Positions 37,179-48,475 of a stretch of 64,000 nucleotides of DNA are shown piece after piece. The translations under genes were made by a program, and so were the position numbers. The notes beneath the pieces are model-generated. The model saw nothing but the letters and a program-made list of their open reading frames with translations. It searched no databases and was not told where the DNA came from. Each line of letters begins with the position of its first letter. The stretch's first letter is position 1. This stretch comes from an uncultured bacterium. GTDB lineage: Bacteria; Verrucomicrobiota; Verrucomicrobiia; Limisphaerales; UBA8199. The DNA lies in NCBI GenBank assembly GCA_963749495.1, contig CAVVMW010000018.1, positions 62,240 through 126,239 on the forward strand. Direction: 5' to 3'.

Positions 37179-39038
37179 ATGCTGAATAGGAAAGAGAACA
37201 AGCCGGCCGACGCGGCAGATCCTGCCAGCCAGCACGCGAGCCGGACAGCAGCCGGAAACCACCGCCCGCATCGCCGCCGCTTTATTATTTCGTCCAAGGC
37301 CCCCGGCGTCTGCCCCGAATCGGCTGGGGCATCCGCTTCCACTCCTTCGGGGCGAGCCGATTCCGTTCCTCCGGGGCAGCCGGACCCGGCCCATGCTCCC
37401 GAGGCGCCCGCTGCCTTGGCGGCGGGTCTCAACGAGTGCATCAAGACCCTCCTCCACATGGCCCGCGAGCACGGGCACGTCACTTACGACAACATCAACG
37501 ATGCGTTGCCGGACGGGCTGTCGTCGCCCGATGACCTGGATGAGGTTTACACCCGGCTGCGGAGCCTGGATGTCGAGATCCTCGACCACGGCGAGGCAGA
37601 ACGGGTCAAGCCCCTGGAGCCGGACGAGGACGAAGACCACCGGTTGGAGGTTTTGGACGACCCGGTTCGAATGTACATGAATCAGATGGGCAAGGTCCCG
37701 TTGCTGACCCGCGAGCAGGAGGTCGAGATCTGCAAGCACATCGAAGATGCCGAATCGGAGATGCGGCGGCTGGTCTATAGCCTGGGTTTTGCCGCCAAAG
37801 AGCATATAGCCATTGCTGAAAAGCTCCTCTCCGAACCGCCCAAGGAACGCTTTGACCGCGTGGTGGTGGACAAGAAGGTCTCCAGTCGCGAACGCCATCT
37901 GAAGGAGCTGCGCAACCTGATCAAGAAGGTCCGGCAACTGGATGATGAGGTTGACCATTACTACAACGCCTGGCAGAGGAGCGCCAACAGCCGGCGCGAA
38001 AAGCACTTCATCGAGTTCCGGAAACGCGACCGGAAACTCCAGGAGATGTTCTCCAAATTCTATTACAAACAGCGGGTGCTCGAGGACATGATCGTCGTGG
38101 CCGGCAACGTCCACGAGAAATTCCAGTCCAGCCTGCGGCGCCTCCAGGAGTTGGAACCGCACCGCAAGACGCCCGAGCAGCAGGCCTCTATCAACGGGGA
38201 GCGCAGCAGGGTCCTGGCGCTGGAGCAGTTCGTGCGCACGCCCCGCGAGGAGTTCTACCGCATCTTCGACCAGTTGCGGCACGCCGCCGAGCGGGCGCAC
38301 CAGGCCAAGACCCACATGGCCGAGGCCAACCTGCGCCTGGTGGTTTCCGTGGCCAAGAAATACACCAACCGCGGGCAGTCCTTTCTGGACCTCATCCAGG
38401 AGGGCAATATCGGGTTGATGAAAGGCGTGGAAAAGTTCGAGTACCGCCGCGGCTACAAGTTCTCCACTTACGCCATCTGGTGGATTCGCCAGGCCATCAC
38501 CCGCTCCATTGCCGATCAGGCGCGCACCATCCGCATCCCCGTCCACATGATCGAGATCATGAACAAGCTGTGGCGGGCGCAGAAGCAATTGACCCAGGAG
38601 CTGGGCCGAGAACCGACCCCCGAGGAGATTGCCGATGAAATGCACCTGCCGGTCACGCGCATCAATTCGCTGCTCAAGATGGCCCAACAGCCCATCTCCC
38701 TCCACGCCCCCGTGGGCGACGACGGCGACGTGAGCGTGGGCGATTTCATCGAGGACAAGACCGCCGAGAACCCCTCGGACGTGACCAGCTACAGCCTGCT
38801 CAAGGAGAAGCTGGGCGACGTGCTGACCAGCCTGACCGAGCGCGAGCGGAGGATCCTCGAAATGCGCTTCGGGCTGGTGGATGGTTACGAGCGCACGCTT
38901 GAGGAAATCGGCAAGATGTACAACGTCACCCGCGAGCGCATCCGCCAGATCGAAGCCAAGGCCCTGCGCAAGCTGCGCCACCCCACCCGCGTCCGCCACC
39001 TCCAAGGCTTCCTGGATACCGAGGAAGAGGCCGCCTGA
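37179..39038 (+). CDS. rpoD: RNA polymerase primary sigma factor
   Basis: Regions 1.2 to 4.2 are present: [50 protein letters not shown] and [30 protein letters not shown]. Confidence 0.95.
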   Translation: MLNRKENKPADAADPASQHASRTAAGNHRPHRRRFIISSKAPGVCPESAGASASTPSGRADSVPPGQPDPAHAPEAPAALAAGLNECIKTLLHMAREHGHVTYDNINDALPDGLSSPDDLDEVYTRLRSLDVEILDHGEAERVKPLEPDEDEDHRLEVLDDPVRMYMNQMGKVPLLTREQEVEICKHIEDAESEMRRLVYSLGFAAKEHIAIAEKLLSEPPKERFDRVVVDKKVSSRERHLKELRNLIKKVRQLDDEVDHYYNAWQRSANSRREKHFIEFRKRDRKLQEMFSKFYYKQRVLEDMIVVAGNVHEKFQSSLRRLQELEPHRKTPEQQASINGERSRVLALEQFVRTPREEFYRIFDQLRHAAERAHQAKTHMAEANLRLVVSVAKKYTNRGQSFLDLIQEGNIGLMKGVEKFEYRRGYKFSTYAIWWIRQAITRSIADQARTIRIPVHMIEIMNKLWRAQKQLTQELGREPTPEEIADEMHLPVTRINSLLKMAQQPISLHAPVGDDGDVSVGDFIEDKTAENPSDVTSYSLLKEKLGDVLTSLTERERRILEMRFGLVDGYERTLEEIGKMYNVTRERIRQIEAKALRKLRHPTRVRHLQGFLDTEEEAA

Positions 39039-39065
39039 GGCCGGCGCACCCGCCCTCCCCGAGGT

Positions 39066-39279
39066 GCGTCGCGGAGCGACGCAGTGAAGGCAGCCGTGGA
39101 CCTCGGTCCACGGTTTGGGGCGTGGGGATGGCGTCGCGTCGCGTAGCAACGCCTGACGGTTCGGGGCTTAGACAGATCGGCGTCCCTCTTCAGGCGTCGC
39201 TCCGCAACGCGGGGCGTCCTGGGCACAAGGTCCGTGGACTGAAGTCCACGGCTGCCGTCAGGCACCGCTACGCGGTGAC
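39066..39279. repeat. Family-6 foldback repeat (about 210 bp)
   Basis: GCGTCGCGGAGCGACGCAGTGAAGGCAGCCGTGGACCTCGGTCCACGG...GTCCGTGGACTGAAGTCCACGGCTGCCGTCAGGCACCGCTACGCGGTGA. Lies 28 nt after the rpoD stop. Confidence 0.9.
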
Positions 39280-39463
39280 CGAAGGTCCCGGCACGCGCGG
39301 GAGCGGCACCCGGGCCCCCACCGGCTTGCAAAAGGCCCAGGGACGGCTATTCTACTGACGGCAGGACGCGCCAGCCAGGCAAACCGACGACCGGACCGGC
39401 GCCCTGCCATTTGGCGGGCTGTTGCCAAATAGACCAGTGCTAAACCGACAATTCAGGAATCGT

Positions 39464-40387
39464 ATGATTGCACAGATAGGCAAGCGCATTTTTCTGCTCG
39501 TGATGGTGAACATCCTGATCATGGCCACTATCACGGCGATCCTCGCGGTATTGCACGTAGGCCGTTACTTTCCTCGGGGCGGCCTGGCGGGGCTGGCGGT
39601 ATTGTGCCTGGTCATGGGGTTCGGAGGGGCTTTCGTTTCCCTGGCGCTGTCGCGCGCGATGGCCAAATGGTTCATGGGGGTGCAGGTGGTGCCGCCGAAT
39701 GCCACGGACCCGGGCTTGCAGGAATTGGTCCAGACCGTTCATGGGCTGGCGCGCGCGGCCGGCCTGCCGCTGCCCGAGGTGGGAATCTATGAATCACCCG
39801 AGGTGAACGCCTTTGCCACGGGCCCCACGCAATCCCGCGCCTTGGTGGCCGTCTCGACCGGGCTGCTGGGGCGGATGCGGGAGCGGGAAATCCAGGGTGT
39901 CCTGGGCCATGAGATGACCCATATCGCCAATGGCGACATGGTGACCATGACGCTCCTGCAGGGGGTCATCAATGCCTTCGTGATGTTCGTGTCTTACGTG
40001 CTGGCCTTTGCCCTGAGCCAGGCCATGCGCTCCAAGGATGACGAGCGCGACGGCGGGGGCTCCTGGCTGTGGCAGTACCTCCTGAGCCAGGTCTTCCAGG
40101 TGGTCTTCGGCCTCCTGGGGATGATCGTCATCTGCTGGTTTTCGCGCTGGCGGGAGTTCAGGGCCGATGCAGGCGGCGCCCGGTTGGCCGGGCGCGGCAA
40201 CATGATCGATGCCCTGCGGGCCTTGCGGCGGCTCCATGACCCCGCGCTCGCCCTCGCCGAAGCCAAGCGCGCCCAGGCCTTTCAGTCCCTCAAGATCTCC
40301 GGCCCGCGCGGCGGCTTGCTGGCCCTCTTTGCCACCCATCCTCCGCTGGAAGAACGCATTGCGCGGCTCGAACACGCAACGGTGTAG
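39464..40387 (+). CDS. htpX: Zinc metalloprotease HtpX (M48 family)
   Basis: HEMTHIANGDM motif and four TM segments. The ATG at 39464 is preferred over the upstream TTG. Confidence 0.9.
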   Translation: MIAQIGKRIFLLVMVNILIMATITAILAVLHVGRYFPRGGLAGLAVLCLVMGFGGAFVSLALSRAMAKWFMGVQVVPPNATDPGLQELVQTVHGLARAAGLPLPEVGIYESPEVNAFATGPTQSRALVAVSTGLLGRMREREIQGVLGHEMTHIANGDMVTMTLLQGVINAFVMFVSYVLAFALSQAMRSKDDERDGGGSWLWQYLLSQVFQVVFGLLGMIVICWFSRWREFRADAGGARLAGRGNMIDALRALRRLHDPALALAEAKRAQAFQSLKISGPRGGLLALFATHPPLEERIARLEHATV

Positions 40388-40391
40388 AGTC

Positions 40392-40829
40392 CACGGTTCA
40401 AGGCGTGGGAATCATCGCGCGTCGCGTAGCGACGCAGTGAAGGTAGCCGTGGACCGCGGTCCACGGTTTGGAGCTTGGGAATGCTCGCGCGTCGCGTAGC
40501 GACGCCTGACAGCATCGCGGTTTTCAGGCGTCGCTACGCGACGCGGTCGAGCTTGGGCCATGGGTCCGTGGACTGGAAGTCCACGGCTACCATCGGGCAC
40601 CGCTACGCGGTGAGCCGGGAGCAGTGCGTGCGTCGCGGAGCAACGCAGTGAAGGTAGCCGTGGACCTCGGTCCACGGTTTGGAGCTTGGGAATGCTCGCG
40701 CGTCGCGTAGCGACGCCTGACAGCATCGCGGTTTTCAGGCGTCGCTACGCGACGCGGTCGAGCTTGGGCCATGGGTCCGTGGACTGGAAGTCCACGGCTA
40801 CCATCGGGCACCGCTACGCGGTGAGCCGG
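40392..40829. repeat. Family-6 repeats, two tandem copies (211-bp period)
   Basis: 40461-40617 is repeated essentially identically at 40672-40828. Begins 5 nt after the htpX stop. Confidence 0.9.
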
Positions 40830-40858
40830 GAGCAGTGAGGGGTCCGCCCCGTCCCGCC

Positions 40859-43356
40859 TTACTGTGCGGCCGCGGCGTGGCCCGCGGTGGCCAGGCTGGA
40901 CCGCGACAAGACGGACATGTAATCCACCAGGATATGTTCGGTTTCCTCCAGGGCGGCGTCCACTGCGGGCGGTGTGTCCTGGTCCAGGGGCGAAGCCGAG
41001 TCGTCCTGGAGGTCCGGATCCTGCCGGGTCCCGGTCGAGGTATTGGCGCTGCTGACCGGAGCGAGGGCCCTGGTGTGGGGGGAGAGCTTGGCCACGGTGT
41101 TGGTCGGCGGCGGCAGGCCCGGTTTGTCCACCAGGTCGAGGGTCAATTCATGAACGATCTCGGGCGGGCTTTTCCGGGCCAGGCGCTCTTTTTCCCGGGC
41201 CTTTTCGCGCGCCTCATCCTCCTGTTGCTGCTTGAGCCGCTGCCCTTCGTTGAGCGAGATGGTCTTGTCGTCCTGGAGCTTCTTGTAAATTTGGATGTCC
41301 TCGCGGATGTAGCGGTACTCGGGGTCGGCGGCCTGTCGCTCGGCGGAGTGTTTGCGCAGGTCGGCCAGGTAGGGCGCGACCAGGTTCAGCCGATCATAAT
41401 CGGCGCTGGGGATGGGATCGGGCTCGAGCGGGTTTTCGAGCGCGCTTTCGCCGATCAGCTTGGACTCGCCCAGGACGGAGGGCAGGATGATGTCGGGGAT
41501 GACGCCGATTTTCTGGGTCGAGGAGCCGCTGGGGCGATAGAATTTCTTGATGGTGATTTTCATCGCGCCCGGGTCGTCGGCGGGGGCGGGGCTGTGAGTC
41601 AGGTTGGTGTAATAGGCATTGATGGGAAGCAGGCTTTGGACGGTGCCTTTGCCGTGGGTCGAGGTGTCGCCAACGATCAAGGCGCGTCCATAATCCTGCA
41701 ATGCGCCGGCGAGGATTTCCGAGGCGGAGGCGCTGAACCGGCTCGTGAGCACGATGAGCGGCCCCTCATAGTCCACGGACGAATCGGAGGAGTTGTCCTG
41801 GTCGATCGAGCCGTCGAAGTTCTTGACCTGGACGACGGGTCCTTTGCGGATGAAGAGGCCGGTGAGCTTGATGGCTTCGTCGAGGGAGCCGCCGCCGTTG
41901 CGGCGCAGGTCCAGGATGACGCCGTGGACGTTTTCCTTCTGGAGCTTGTTGAGCAATCGGCGGACGTTGACCGAGGTGCTCTTGCCCCCGGCGTGGTCGT
42001 GCCGGCCGGTCAGTTCCATGTCGGCGTAGAAGGAAGCGAGGTCGATGACGCCCAAACGCACGTTGCCGCCCTGGCCGTTGGGCAGTTCGATGACCTGGGC
42101 CTTGGCTTCCTGGTCGTGGATTGTGATCTCGTCGCGCACCAGGGTGAGGCACCGGCGCGAGGAGCCCTCGGCGCCGGGACGCTCCAACGTGAGCGTCACC
42201 TGAGTCCCCTTGGGTCCGCGAATAAGCTGGACCGCCTTGTCCAGGCGCATGTCGATCAGTTCCACCGGGGGTGAATTGCTCTGGGCGACCGCCACGATGC
42301 GGTCGCCTTCCTTGATCTGGTTCTTGGTCGCGTTGCTCTTCTGGCCGGCCCTCCGGGCAAAATTTTGTACACGATGCAATAGCCGTCCTCGGAACGCAGC
42401 TCGGCGCCGATGCCCTCCAGTTTCAAATTCATTTGGATGGAAAAAGTCACCAACTGCGAGTGGGTCATGTAGTCGGAGTGCGGGTCATAGACGTGAGCCA
42501 GGGTCGTCAAATAGATGCCCAGCACGTCCTCGTCGTTGAGTTCGGCGAAGGCGCGCATCCGGCGATGGTAGCGGCGGTGGAGGATCTCGACGATTTCCTC
42601 GTGCTCGGTCTTGGGCTTGGCGGCCAGCTTGGCGTCCGTGTCGCCGGGGCTGCTGCCCGGGGCCTCAGCCGGCGGGTTGAGGACCTCTTTGGGAGGAGCC
42701 GGTTTGGCGGCAGCATGGGGGCCTTTCTCTTTCTTTTTGGCGCCGGCTTTGACGAGTTTCTCCTGCAAGTACTCGAAGCGGAGCACGTCCCGCCAAAGCT
42801 GCTTCGCCTCGTCGAGCGTCTTGGGATAGGGCTGGTCCTTGCGGTTGATGACCACGCGCTCGTTGGTGTCAAAGGTAAACTGCTCGTGGTCCAGCAGGTC
42901 GTCCACGCAGGCGACGTGCTGTTCGAGCCGCTCCATGAAGCGGTTGAAGATCTCGTCGGCAGGCGCTGTGTTGGCGTTGGGCCGCAGAGCCAGGAATAGC
43001 CGATGGAGATTGGTTCTGTAGTGGTCAAACTCCGCCAAATCGGACTGGACGAAGTGCAAATGCTGCGGGTCATAGGTCTCGAGGTAGCGGCCGAAGAAAT
43101 TCGTCGACACTTTCGTGTTGAAGGTCTTGTGCAGAAACTGGGAATGCTCCAACAACCAGGCCGTCGTATAGGCGATCTTGCCGTCTTCCGGCCGCGGGCG
43201 GACCGGATGAAAGACGTTGGTCCAGGAGTCGGAGTTCTCCGCCCGGGCCGCCTCGGGGGAGCCGCTCGGGGCAGCAGGTTCTGCGGAAAAGAGCGGCCAG
43301 GCCAGGTTGCAACTCAACAGCAGCAACAGAATTCTCATCAAGCAACGATTTATCAT
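40859..43356 (-). CDS. prc: Tail-specific (C-terminal processing) protease, S41 family, with an apparent frameshift near 42355
   Basis: N-part ...LEGIGAELRSEDGYCIVYKILPGGPA (ORF 42256-43512). It continues as GQKSNATKNQIKEGDRIVAVAQ...DLRRNGGGSLDEA...TSRFSASASEILAGALQDY in ORF 40859-42379. Confidence 0.8.
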
Positions 43357-43420
43357 GACGTTCAATGTGCTAAAGCTTAGCACAGGTTCGACGGTCCGCA
43401 CCAGCGAATGTTCACTCGCG

Positions 43421-43687
43421 GGTGCGATTGAACGCGTGGGACATGCCCCTCGGGGTTTTGTCCCGGAGGGACATCTGACAATGGCCCGGCGTTTCAACGC
43501 CGGGGAGGCCACGAAAGGGACCCTCCTCCCGAAGGGACGACTGAGAACACTCCGTGCTTTGAGCCGTCCCTTCGGGACGGACCTGCTCCCTGGGTGCGCT
43601 CACCCGGCGTTGAAACGCCGGGCTATTGTCGGAAGCCCCTTCGGGGCAAAAGCTCGCCGTGGGCTGGCCGACCCTTTTCATCGCACC
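43421..43687 (-). repeat. Family-3 MITE-like element
   Basis: GGTGCGATTGAACGCG...CCTTTTCATCGCACC, reverse orientation relative to 7638-7905. Confidence 0.9.
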
Positions 43688-43761
43688 CCTCCGCGGGTCT
43701 TGACTGTCGCCCGGATGATGCCGCATCTTCTGGTCCGGACAGGTGCGACAGGTGATCTGAC

Positions 43762-44332
43762 GTGCAGCAGCCATTTCAATCTCGAGCCGTGCGTTTGCGG
43801 CGGGCGGGGGCCGGCCTGGTCGTCGTGGACATCCAGGAACGGCTCCTGCCCTCGATCTACGAGAAGGAGCGGGTGACCCAAAATGCGGCGCGCCTGGCCA
43901 GGGGCGCCGCCGTCCTGGGCATCCCGGTGCTCGCCACCGAGCAATACCGCAAGGGGCTGGGGGCCACGGTTTCGGAGGTGGCGTCCGCCATCGAAGGCTT
44001 CGCGCCAATCGAGAAAGTGGCCTTTAGCGCCTGCGGCGCGGAGGGCTTTATGACGGCGCTTGGGGACAAGCAGATGTCGAGCGTCCTGCTCTGCGGCATC
44101 GAGAGCCACGTGTGCGTCGCCCAGACCTGCCTGGATCTGCTCGAGGCATGGCCTTTGCGTCTTCGTGGCGGCAGACGCGGTCTCCTCGCGCACGGCCCAA
44201 AACTACCGCCTGGGCCTGGACCGGGTCCGGGACGCCGGGGCGGTTATCGTCTCGACGGAAATGGCCCTCTTCGAATGGCTCGGCCAGGCCGGCACCGAAG
44301 AATTCCGCCGCATCCTGCCCCTGGTCCGGTGA
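43762..44332 (+). CDS. Isochorismatase-family hydrolase with an apparent frameshift near 44148
   Basis: LVVVDIQERL...LLCGIESHVCVAQTCLDLLEA (frame of 43762). It continues as CVFVAADAVSSRTAQNYRLGLDRVRDAGAVIVSTEMALFEWL in the frame of ORF 44060-44332. Confidence 0.75.
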
Positions 44333-44443
44333 CTCAAAGTACACTACACACCACACGCGGCGCTTGCAATCTGCGGGCAGCCGTTCCATGCTGCTTGAGC
44401 AGTATTTGCAGGGCGCACTGCGATTAGCGCCTGACGTAACGTA

Positions 44444-46300
44444 ATGAGCACATCGCCTGAAAACGAATTCGATCTGGAAAAACTCTTCCTGCCGGCGTGG
44501 GCGCAACAGCCCTCCTCGGCCAAGTACATCCACTACGAGGGGGAAGAAGAACGCCCGGAGCGCCGAGGGGAACGGCGCGGCCCCCGGCCCCCGCGCCGCG
44601 AGGGCATGCCGGGGCCAAGGCGCGACGGGGCCCGCCCGCGTGGAGAGTCGCGTGGCCGCGCGCCCCGGCCCGAGGGCGGCCCCTGGCCGCCGCGCCACGA
44701 GGGCAGGCCCCCCGCCCGGCGCCCCGAGGCCCTCGAACACCGCCCGCCGCCGCCGCCCCTGCCCGAGCTCAACCTCTCCCTGCTCCCGGACGAAAAGGGC
44801 GTCGAATCCCTCGCCCGCCAGATCAAGATGACCGGACGCGCCTACCCGCTCTTCGACATTGCCCAAATGATCCTGCAGAAGCCGGAGCGCCACGCCATCG
44901 TCTTCAGCATCAAACGCAATCCCGAAGGGCAGCCCGTCCAGCCCCTGTTTGTCTGCGCCCTGGACGACACCCTTTGGCTCTCGCAAACCGAGGCGGCGGC
45001 GCACGTGCTCCGCAAGCATTTCGCCACGTTCTACAAGGCCGAACGCACCCCCAAAGACCCGCCCAAGGGCACCTATACCTTTGTCGCCCAGTGCGGCCTG
45101 AGCGGCGTCATCCTGGGCCCGCCCAATTACCACGACTACCAAAACCAGTTGCGCAAGCTCCACGCCGAGCGGTTCTCCCGAATGCCATTCGAGGCCTTCA
45201 AGGCCCGCGTCCGCATCGTCCGCGACGAGGAAGTGGTCAAGAAATGGATCGAAGACCAAAGCTGGCACACCGTCTATGACTGCCTCAACCTGCCGGAACC
45301 GCTCCGCCTGGGCACCATGGACGAGGTCGAAAAGCACTTCCGCCAGACCCATCAGGAGAACATCATCAAGCCGGTCGAATCTCACACCCTGAGCGGCGCC
45401 GCCGCGCGCCTGCTCCGCAGCCCCGAGCTGCTGCGCCTCATCCGCAGCGTCTGGGAAGACCAGCGCCGGTTCCCCCTCCAGATCGCCACGGTCCTCAGCC
45501 AGCAGTTCGCCACTCACGGCTTGCAGTTCTTCAAGGTCAACAAGTCCATTACCCACGTCTGCGTCGCCCGCCCGCACTTTCTGGACCTGGCCGCCGCCCC
45601 GGTCTCCGAGGGCATCAGGCGCATTGTCGAGCACATCGACGCCCATCCCCGATGCACGCGACGCGACCTGGTCGAGGGCCTCGCCCCCTCCCCGGCCCCG
45701 GCTCCAGCCCCCGTCCCGATTCCGGCCCCGGCTCAGGCACTGCCCGGCCAGGACCAGCCCCCGGCTCAGGCACTGCCCGGCCAGGACCAGCCCCCGGCTC
45801 CTCAACCCGAACTCAATCAGCCCACGCCGGAGCAGACGAGCATCATAGCCGATTTGCACTGGCTCATCCATCAGGGGCACGTTATCGAGTTCGCTAATGG
45901 CATCCTCGAGACGGCCAAGAAACCCGCTCCCAGGCCGCCCAAGCCCGAACCCAAGCCCGCCGAGCAACCTGCCCCGGCCCAGGCCGAACCGGTCTCCGCC
46001 CCCACAGGTCAGGCGCCAGAGGTGGCCGGGGCTGAGCCGGCGCCGCCCCCCAAGGCCGGCCCCGAGACTGCCGCGGCGCCGGAGCTTGCCCTCTTGGAAC
46101 CGCCTCCTCCGCCCGCGGAGGCGCCGCCCGCCGTCCCCGCAGAGGGCGCGTCGCTTGAGAGTCCCCCTGCCGCCGCCGCCGCGGCGGCCCGCCAGCCGGA
46201 GCAGGCGCCCCCGGCAGGCGAGCCGGCAGAACCGCTCCCTGCGCCAGAGGGCCAAACGCAGGTCGAACCGGTCCCGGCCCCTGCTCAGTCTCAGCCGTAG
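44444..46300 (+). CDS. Hypothetical protein with an Arg/Gly/Pro-rich N-terminus, a central folded region and a Pro/Ala-rich tail
   Basis: 618-aa ORF ending 9 nt before the helicase gene. Contains a perfect 33-bp tandem duplication (45728-45793). Confidence 0.7.
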   Translation: MSTSPENEFDLEKLFLPAWAQQPSSAKYIHYEGEEERPERRGERRGPRPPRREGMPGPRRDGARPRGESRGRAPRPEGGPWPPRHEGRPPARRPEALEHRPPPPPLPELNLSLLPDEKGVESLARQIKMTGRAYPLFDIAQMILQKPERHAIVFSIKRNPEGQPVQPLFVCALDDTLWLSQTEAAAHVLRKHFATFYKAERTPKDPPKGTYTFVAQCGLSGVILGPPNYHDYQNQLRKLHAERFSRMPFEAFKARVRIVRDEEVVKKWIEDQSWHTVYDCLNLPEPLRLGTMDEVEKHFRQTHQENIIKPVESHTLSGAAARLLRSPELLRLIRSVWEDQRRFPLQIATVLSQQFATHGLQFFKVNKSITHVCVARPHFLDLAAAPVSEGIRRIVEHIDAHPRCTRRDLVEGLAPSPAPAPAPVPIPAPAQALPGQDQPPAQALPGQDQPPAPQPELNQPTPEQTSIIADLHWLIHQGHVIEFANGILETAKKPAPRPPKPEPKPAEQPAPAQAEPVSAPTGQAPEVAGAEPAPPPKAGPETAAAPELALLEPPPPPAEAPPAVPAEGASLESPPAAAAAAARQPEQAPPAGEPAEPLPAPEGQTQVEPVPAPAQSQP

Positions 46301-46309
46301 GGACTGGTT

Positions 46310-47545
46310 ATGTCATTCTCCAAACTGGGGCTTTCCAGCGCCATGGTCGAGGGAGTCAAGGCCATGGGCTACGTGGAGCCAACGCCAATTCAGCTTCGGG
46401 CAGTGCCGCTCATCTTGAACGGCCAGGACGTCATTGGCAGCGCGCAGACGGGCACAGGCAAGACGGCGGCCTTTGCGTTGCCGATCCTGTCCCGGCTCGG
46501 CCGGCATGACGCCCGGGCCAGAGTCCTGGTCCTGGAACCGACGCGGGAGCTGGCGGCGCAGGTCGAGACGGCCATTCGCGGCTTTGCGCGGTTCACCGAC
46601 CTGCGCACGGTGGTGGTGTTTGGCGGCGTGGGCTACGGGCGCCAAATCGAGGCGCTCCGGAGCGGGGTGGATGTCATCGTGGCCACACCGGGCCGTTTGC
46701 TGGACCATCTGCGCCAGGGCCATTGCACGCTGGGCTATGTGAAGTACCTGGTCCTGGACGAAGCGGACCGGATGCTGGACATGGGCTTTTTGCCCGACGT
46801 GCGGCGCATCCTGGAGCGGTGTCCCCGCCAGCGGCACACCTCGCTCTTTTCGGCCACCATCCCGCCGGAGATCGAGACCCTCATCCAGTGGGCCATGCGC
46901 AACCCCCAAACCGTCGAAATCGGCGCCCGGCGCACCCCCAAAGACACCGTCACCCACGTCCTCTACCCGGTCTCCGATGCCCAGAAAACCGACCTCCTCC
47001 TGGAGTTGCTCCGGCGCGTCAATTTCGAATCGGCCATCGTCTTCTGCCGCACCAAGCAGGGGGCCGACCGCGCCGCCCATGTGCTCAAGCGCCACAACCA
47101 CGCCGTCGCCGTCCTGCACTCCAACCGCACCCAGAGCGAGCGCGAACAGGCCCTCCGCGGCTTCCGCGAAGGCCGCTACGAGGTCCTGGTCGCCACCGAC
47201 ATCGCGTCGCGCGGCCTGGACATCTCCAACGTGAGCCACGTCATCAACTACGACGTGCCCCAGCACCCCGAGGACTACATCCACCGCATCGGGCGCACCG
47301 GGCGCATGGAGGCCACCGGCGATGCCTTCACCCTGATGGTCGCCGAGGATATCCGCCACGTGAATGCCATCGAACGCTTCATCAGCCAGAAAATCCCCCG
47401 CGTCAAACTCGACCATTTCGATTATCGCTACACCGCCCTTTTCGAGGAGGGCAAGCCGGGCCGGCCCCAGGGCGGCGTCTCCCGCGTCCGGGGCGCCCGC
47501 ATCCGGGGCGGCTACTTCTACGGCCCCGCCCGGCGCAGACATTGA
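46310..47545 (+). CDS. DEAD-box ATP-dependent RNA helicase (RhlE-like)
   Basis: Q motif, AQTGTGKT, DEAD, SAT and HRIGRTGR motifs, plus an Arg/Gly-rich C-terminal tail. Confidence 0.9.
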   Translation: MSFSKLGLSSAMVEGVKAMGYVEPTPIQLRAVPLILNGQDVIGSAQTGTGKTAAFALPILSRLGRHDARARVLVLEPTRELAAQVETAIRGFARFTDLRTVVVFGGVGYGRQIEALRSGVDVIVATPGRLLDHLRQGHCTLGYVKYLVLDEADRMLDMGFLPDVRRILERCPRQRHTSLFSATIPPEIETLIQWAMRNPQTVEIGARRTPKDTVTHVLYPVSDAQKTDLLLELLRRVNFESAIVFCRTKQGADRAAHVLKRHNHAVAVLHSNRTQSEREQALRGFREGRYEVLVATDIASRGLDISNVSHVINYDVPQHPEDYIHRIGRTGRMEATGDAFTLMVAEDIRHVNAIERFISQKIPRVKLDHFDYRYTALFEEGKPGRPQGGVSRVRGARIRGGYFYGPARRRH

Positions 47546-47570
47546 ACGCAAAAAAAAGTTTAAAAAAACG

Positions 47571-47598
47571 TTGACACGGGCCGCCCTTTCGCTATGAT
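47571..47598 (+). promoter_or_regulatory. Sigma70-like promoter (TTGACA-16-TATGAT)
   Basis: TTGACA at 47571-47576 and TATGAT at 47593-47598, about 65 nt upstream of ATG 47663. Confidence 0.5.
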
Positions 47599-47662
47599 GG
47601 ACCTCGAAATCGTTTAAGCCGGCTATCTAGCGGTAGCTGGACGGCACCGTACCGAGGACCAT

Positions 47663-48383
47663 ATGAAGAATCTTTTAACGAAGAGCGGTTGGTTGGCGGC
47701 AGGCGCCCTGAGCTTCACGTTGGGCTTCTCAGCCAACGCGGACATTCTGTTCAACAATACCAGCGTCGATCGGGCGATTCAGTTTAACCCCGGCACGTCC
47801 GAAGTTGGAGACCAGATTTACCTGAGCAGCGCCGGGTACATCACCAATTTCGCCATCGAGTACCTGGGGCACCGGTCCCGGCGGCAGTTCCACCTTCGCA
47901 GGTTCCACCGTCCAGATGCGCGTGAGGTGGTACCTCAACGACGGCACGGCCGTCAATGGTTATGGCTCTCCGGGCACCCTGGAGTTCGATAGCAATTGGA
48001 ATACCATTACAGCAACCGCTGGCTCTACTCTCAAGTTCACCACGCCCCCTGATTTCCCGACCGCTGCTCCGGGAGGCACCAACGGACTCTTCATCCCCTC
48101 CCGGCAACTGACCGTGACCGTCCAGTTCCAGGGCCTGGGTGCCGGCGACACCGCGGGCCTCGAACTCTTCGGCCCCGTCCCGACCACCGGCGACCAGTTC
48201 GCCGATTACTGGTTGAAGACCGTCTCCTCCAGCACGTGGCAGTTGCTCCAGGACACTAATGGCGTCCAGGTCACCTTCGGCGAGGAATGGATGGGCACGC
48301 CGGTGCCTGAGCCCTCGACTCTGGCCATCTCCCTCGTGGGCGGTGTGGGCCTGTTCCTGGCGGTTCGCCGGTTCCGCAAGTAA
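47663..48383 (+). CDS. PEP-CTERM sorting-domain protein with an apparent frameshift near 47870
   Basis: Signal peptide (frame of 47663). C-terminal VPEPSTLAISLVGGVGLFLAVRRFRK (frame of 47916). The frames switch at a G-run (CTGGGGCACC). Confidence 0.75.
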
Positions 48384-48408
48384 GCGGCAGCCCGCCAAAT
48401 GCTCTTCC

Positions 48409-48441
48409 GAGGCGCGAGTTTCACTCGCGCCTCACTTTTTT
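48409..48441 (+). terminator. Rho-independent terminator
   Basis: GAGGCGCGAGT-TTC-ACTCGCGCCTC followed by ACTTTTTTG, 26 nt after the stop at 48383. Confidence 0.8.
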
Positions 48442-48475
48442 GTACACGCCCGGGAACAACGCTGAGGTCTAGCGC

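Noticed and set aside
37173-39149. Long antisense ORFs opposite well-supported genes: 2231-4009, 10537-12723, 22131-23471, 37173-39149, 44048-46255, 46313-47551, 48993-50498, 52318-53331, 53824-55962, 60685-62943
   Set aside because: These are typical stop-poor shadow frames of GC-rich DNA. Their products are low-complexity (Arg/Gly/Pro/Ala-rich), and the opposite strand encodes recognisable proteins (SSS transporter, CotH, rpoD, helicase, SufB and others).
39066-40829. Possible CRISPR array or other regularly spaced repeat array
   Set aside because: Repeat units are 110-400 bp foldbacks, not 25-40-bp direct repeats separated by unique spacers. The only tandem arrangement is a simple 211-bp duplication. 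No cas genes are present.
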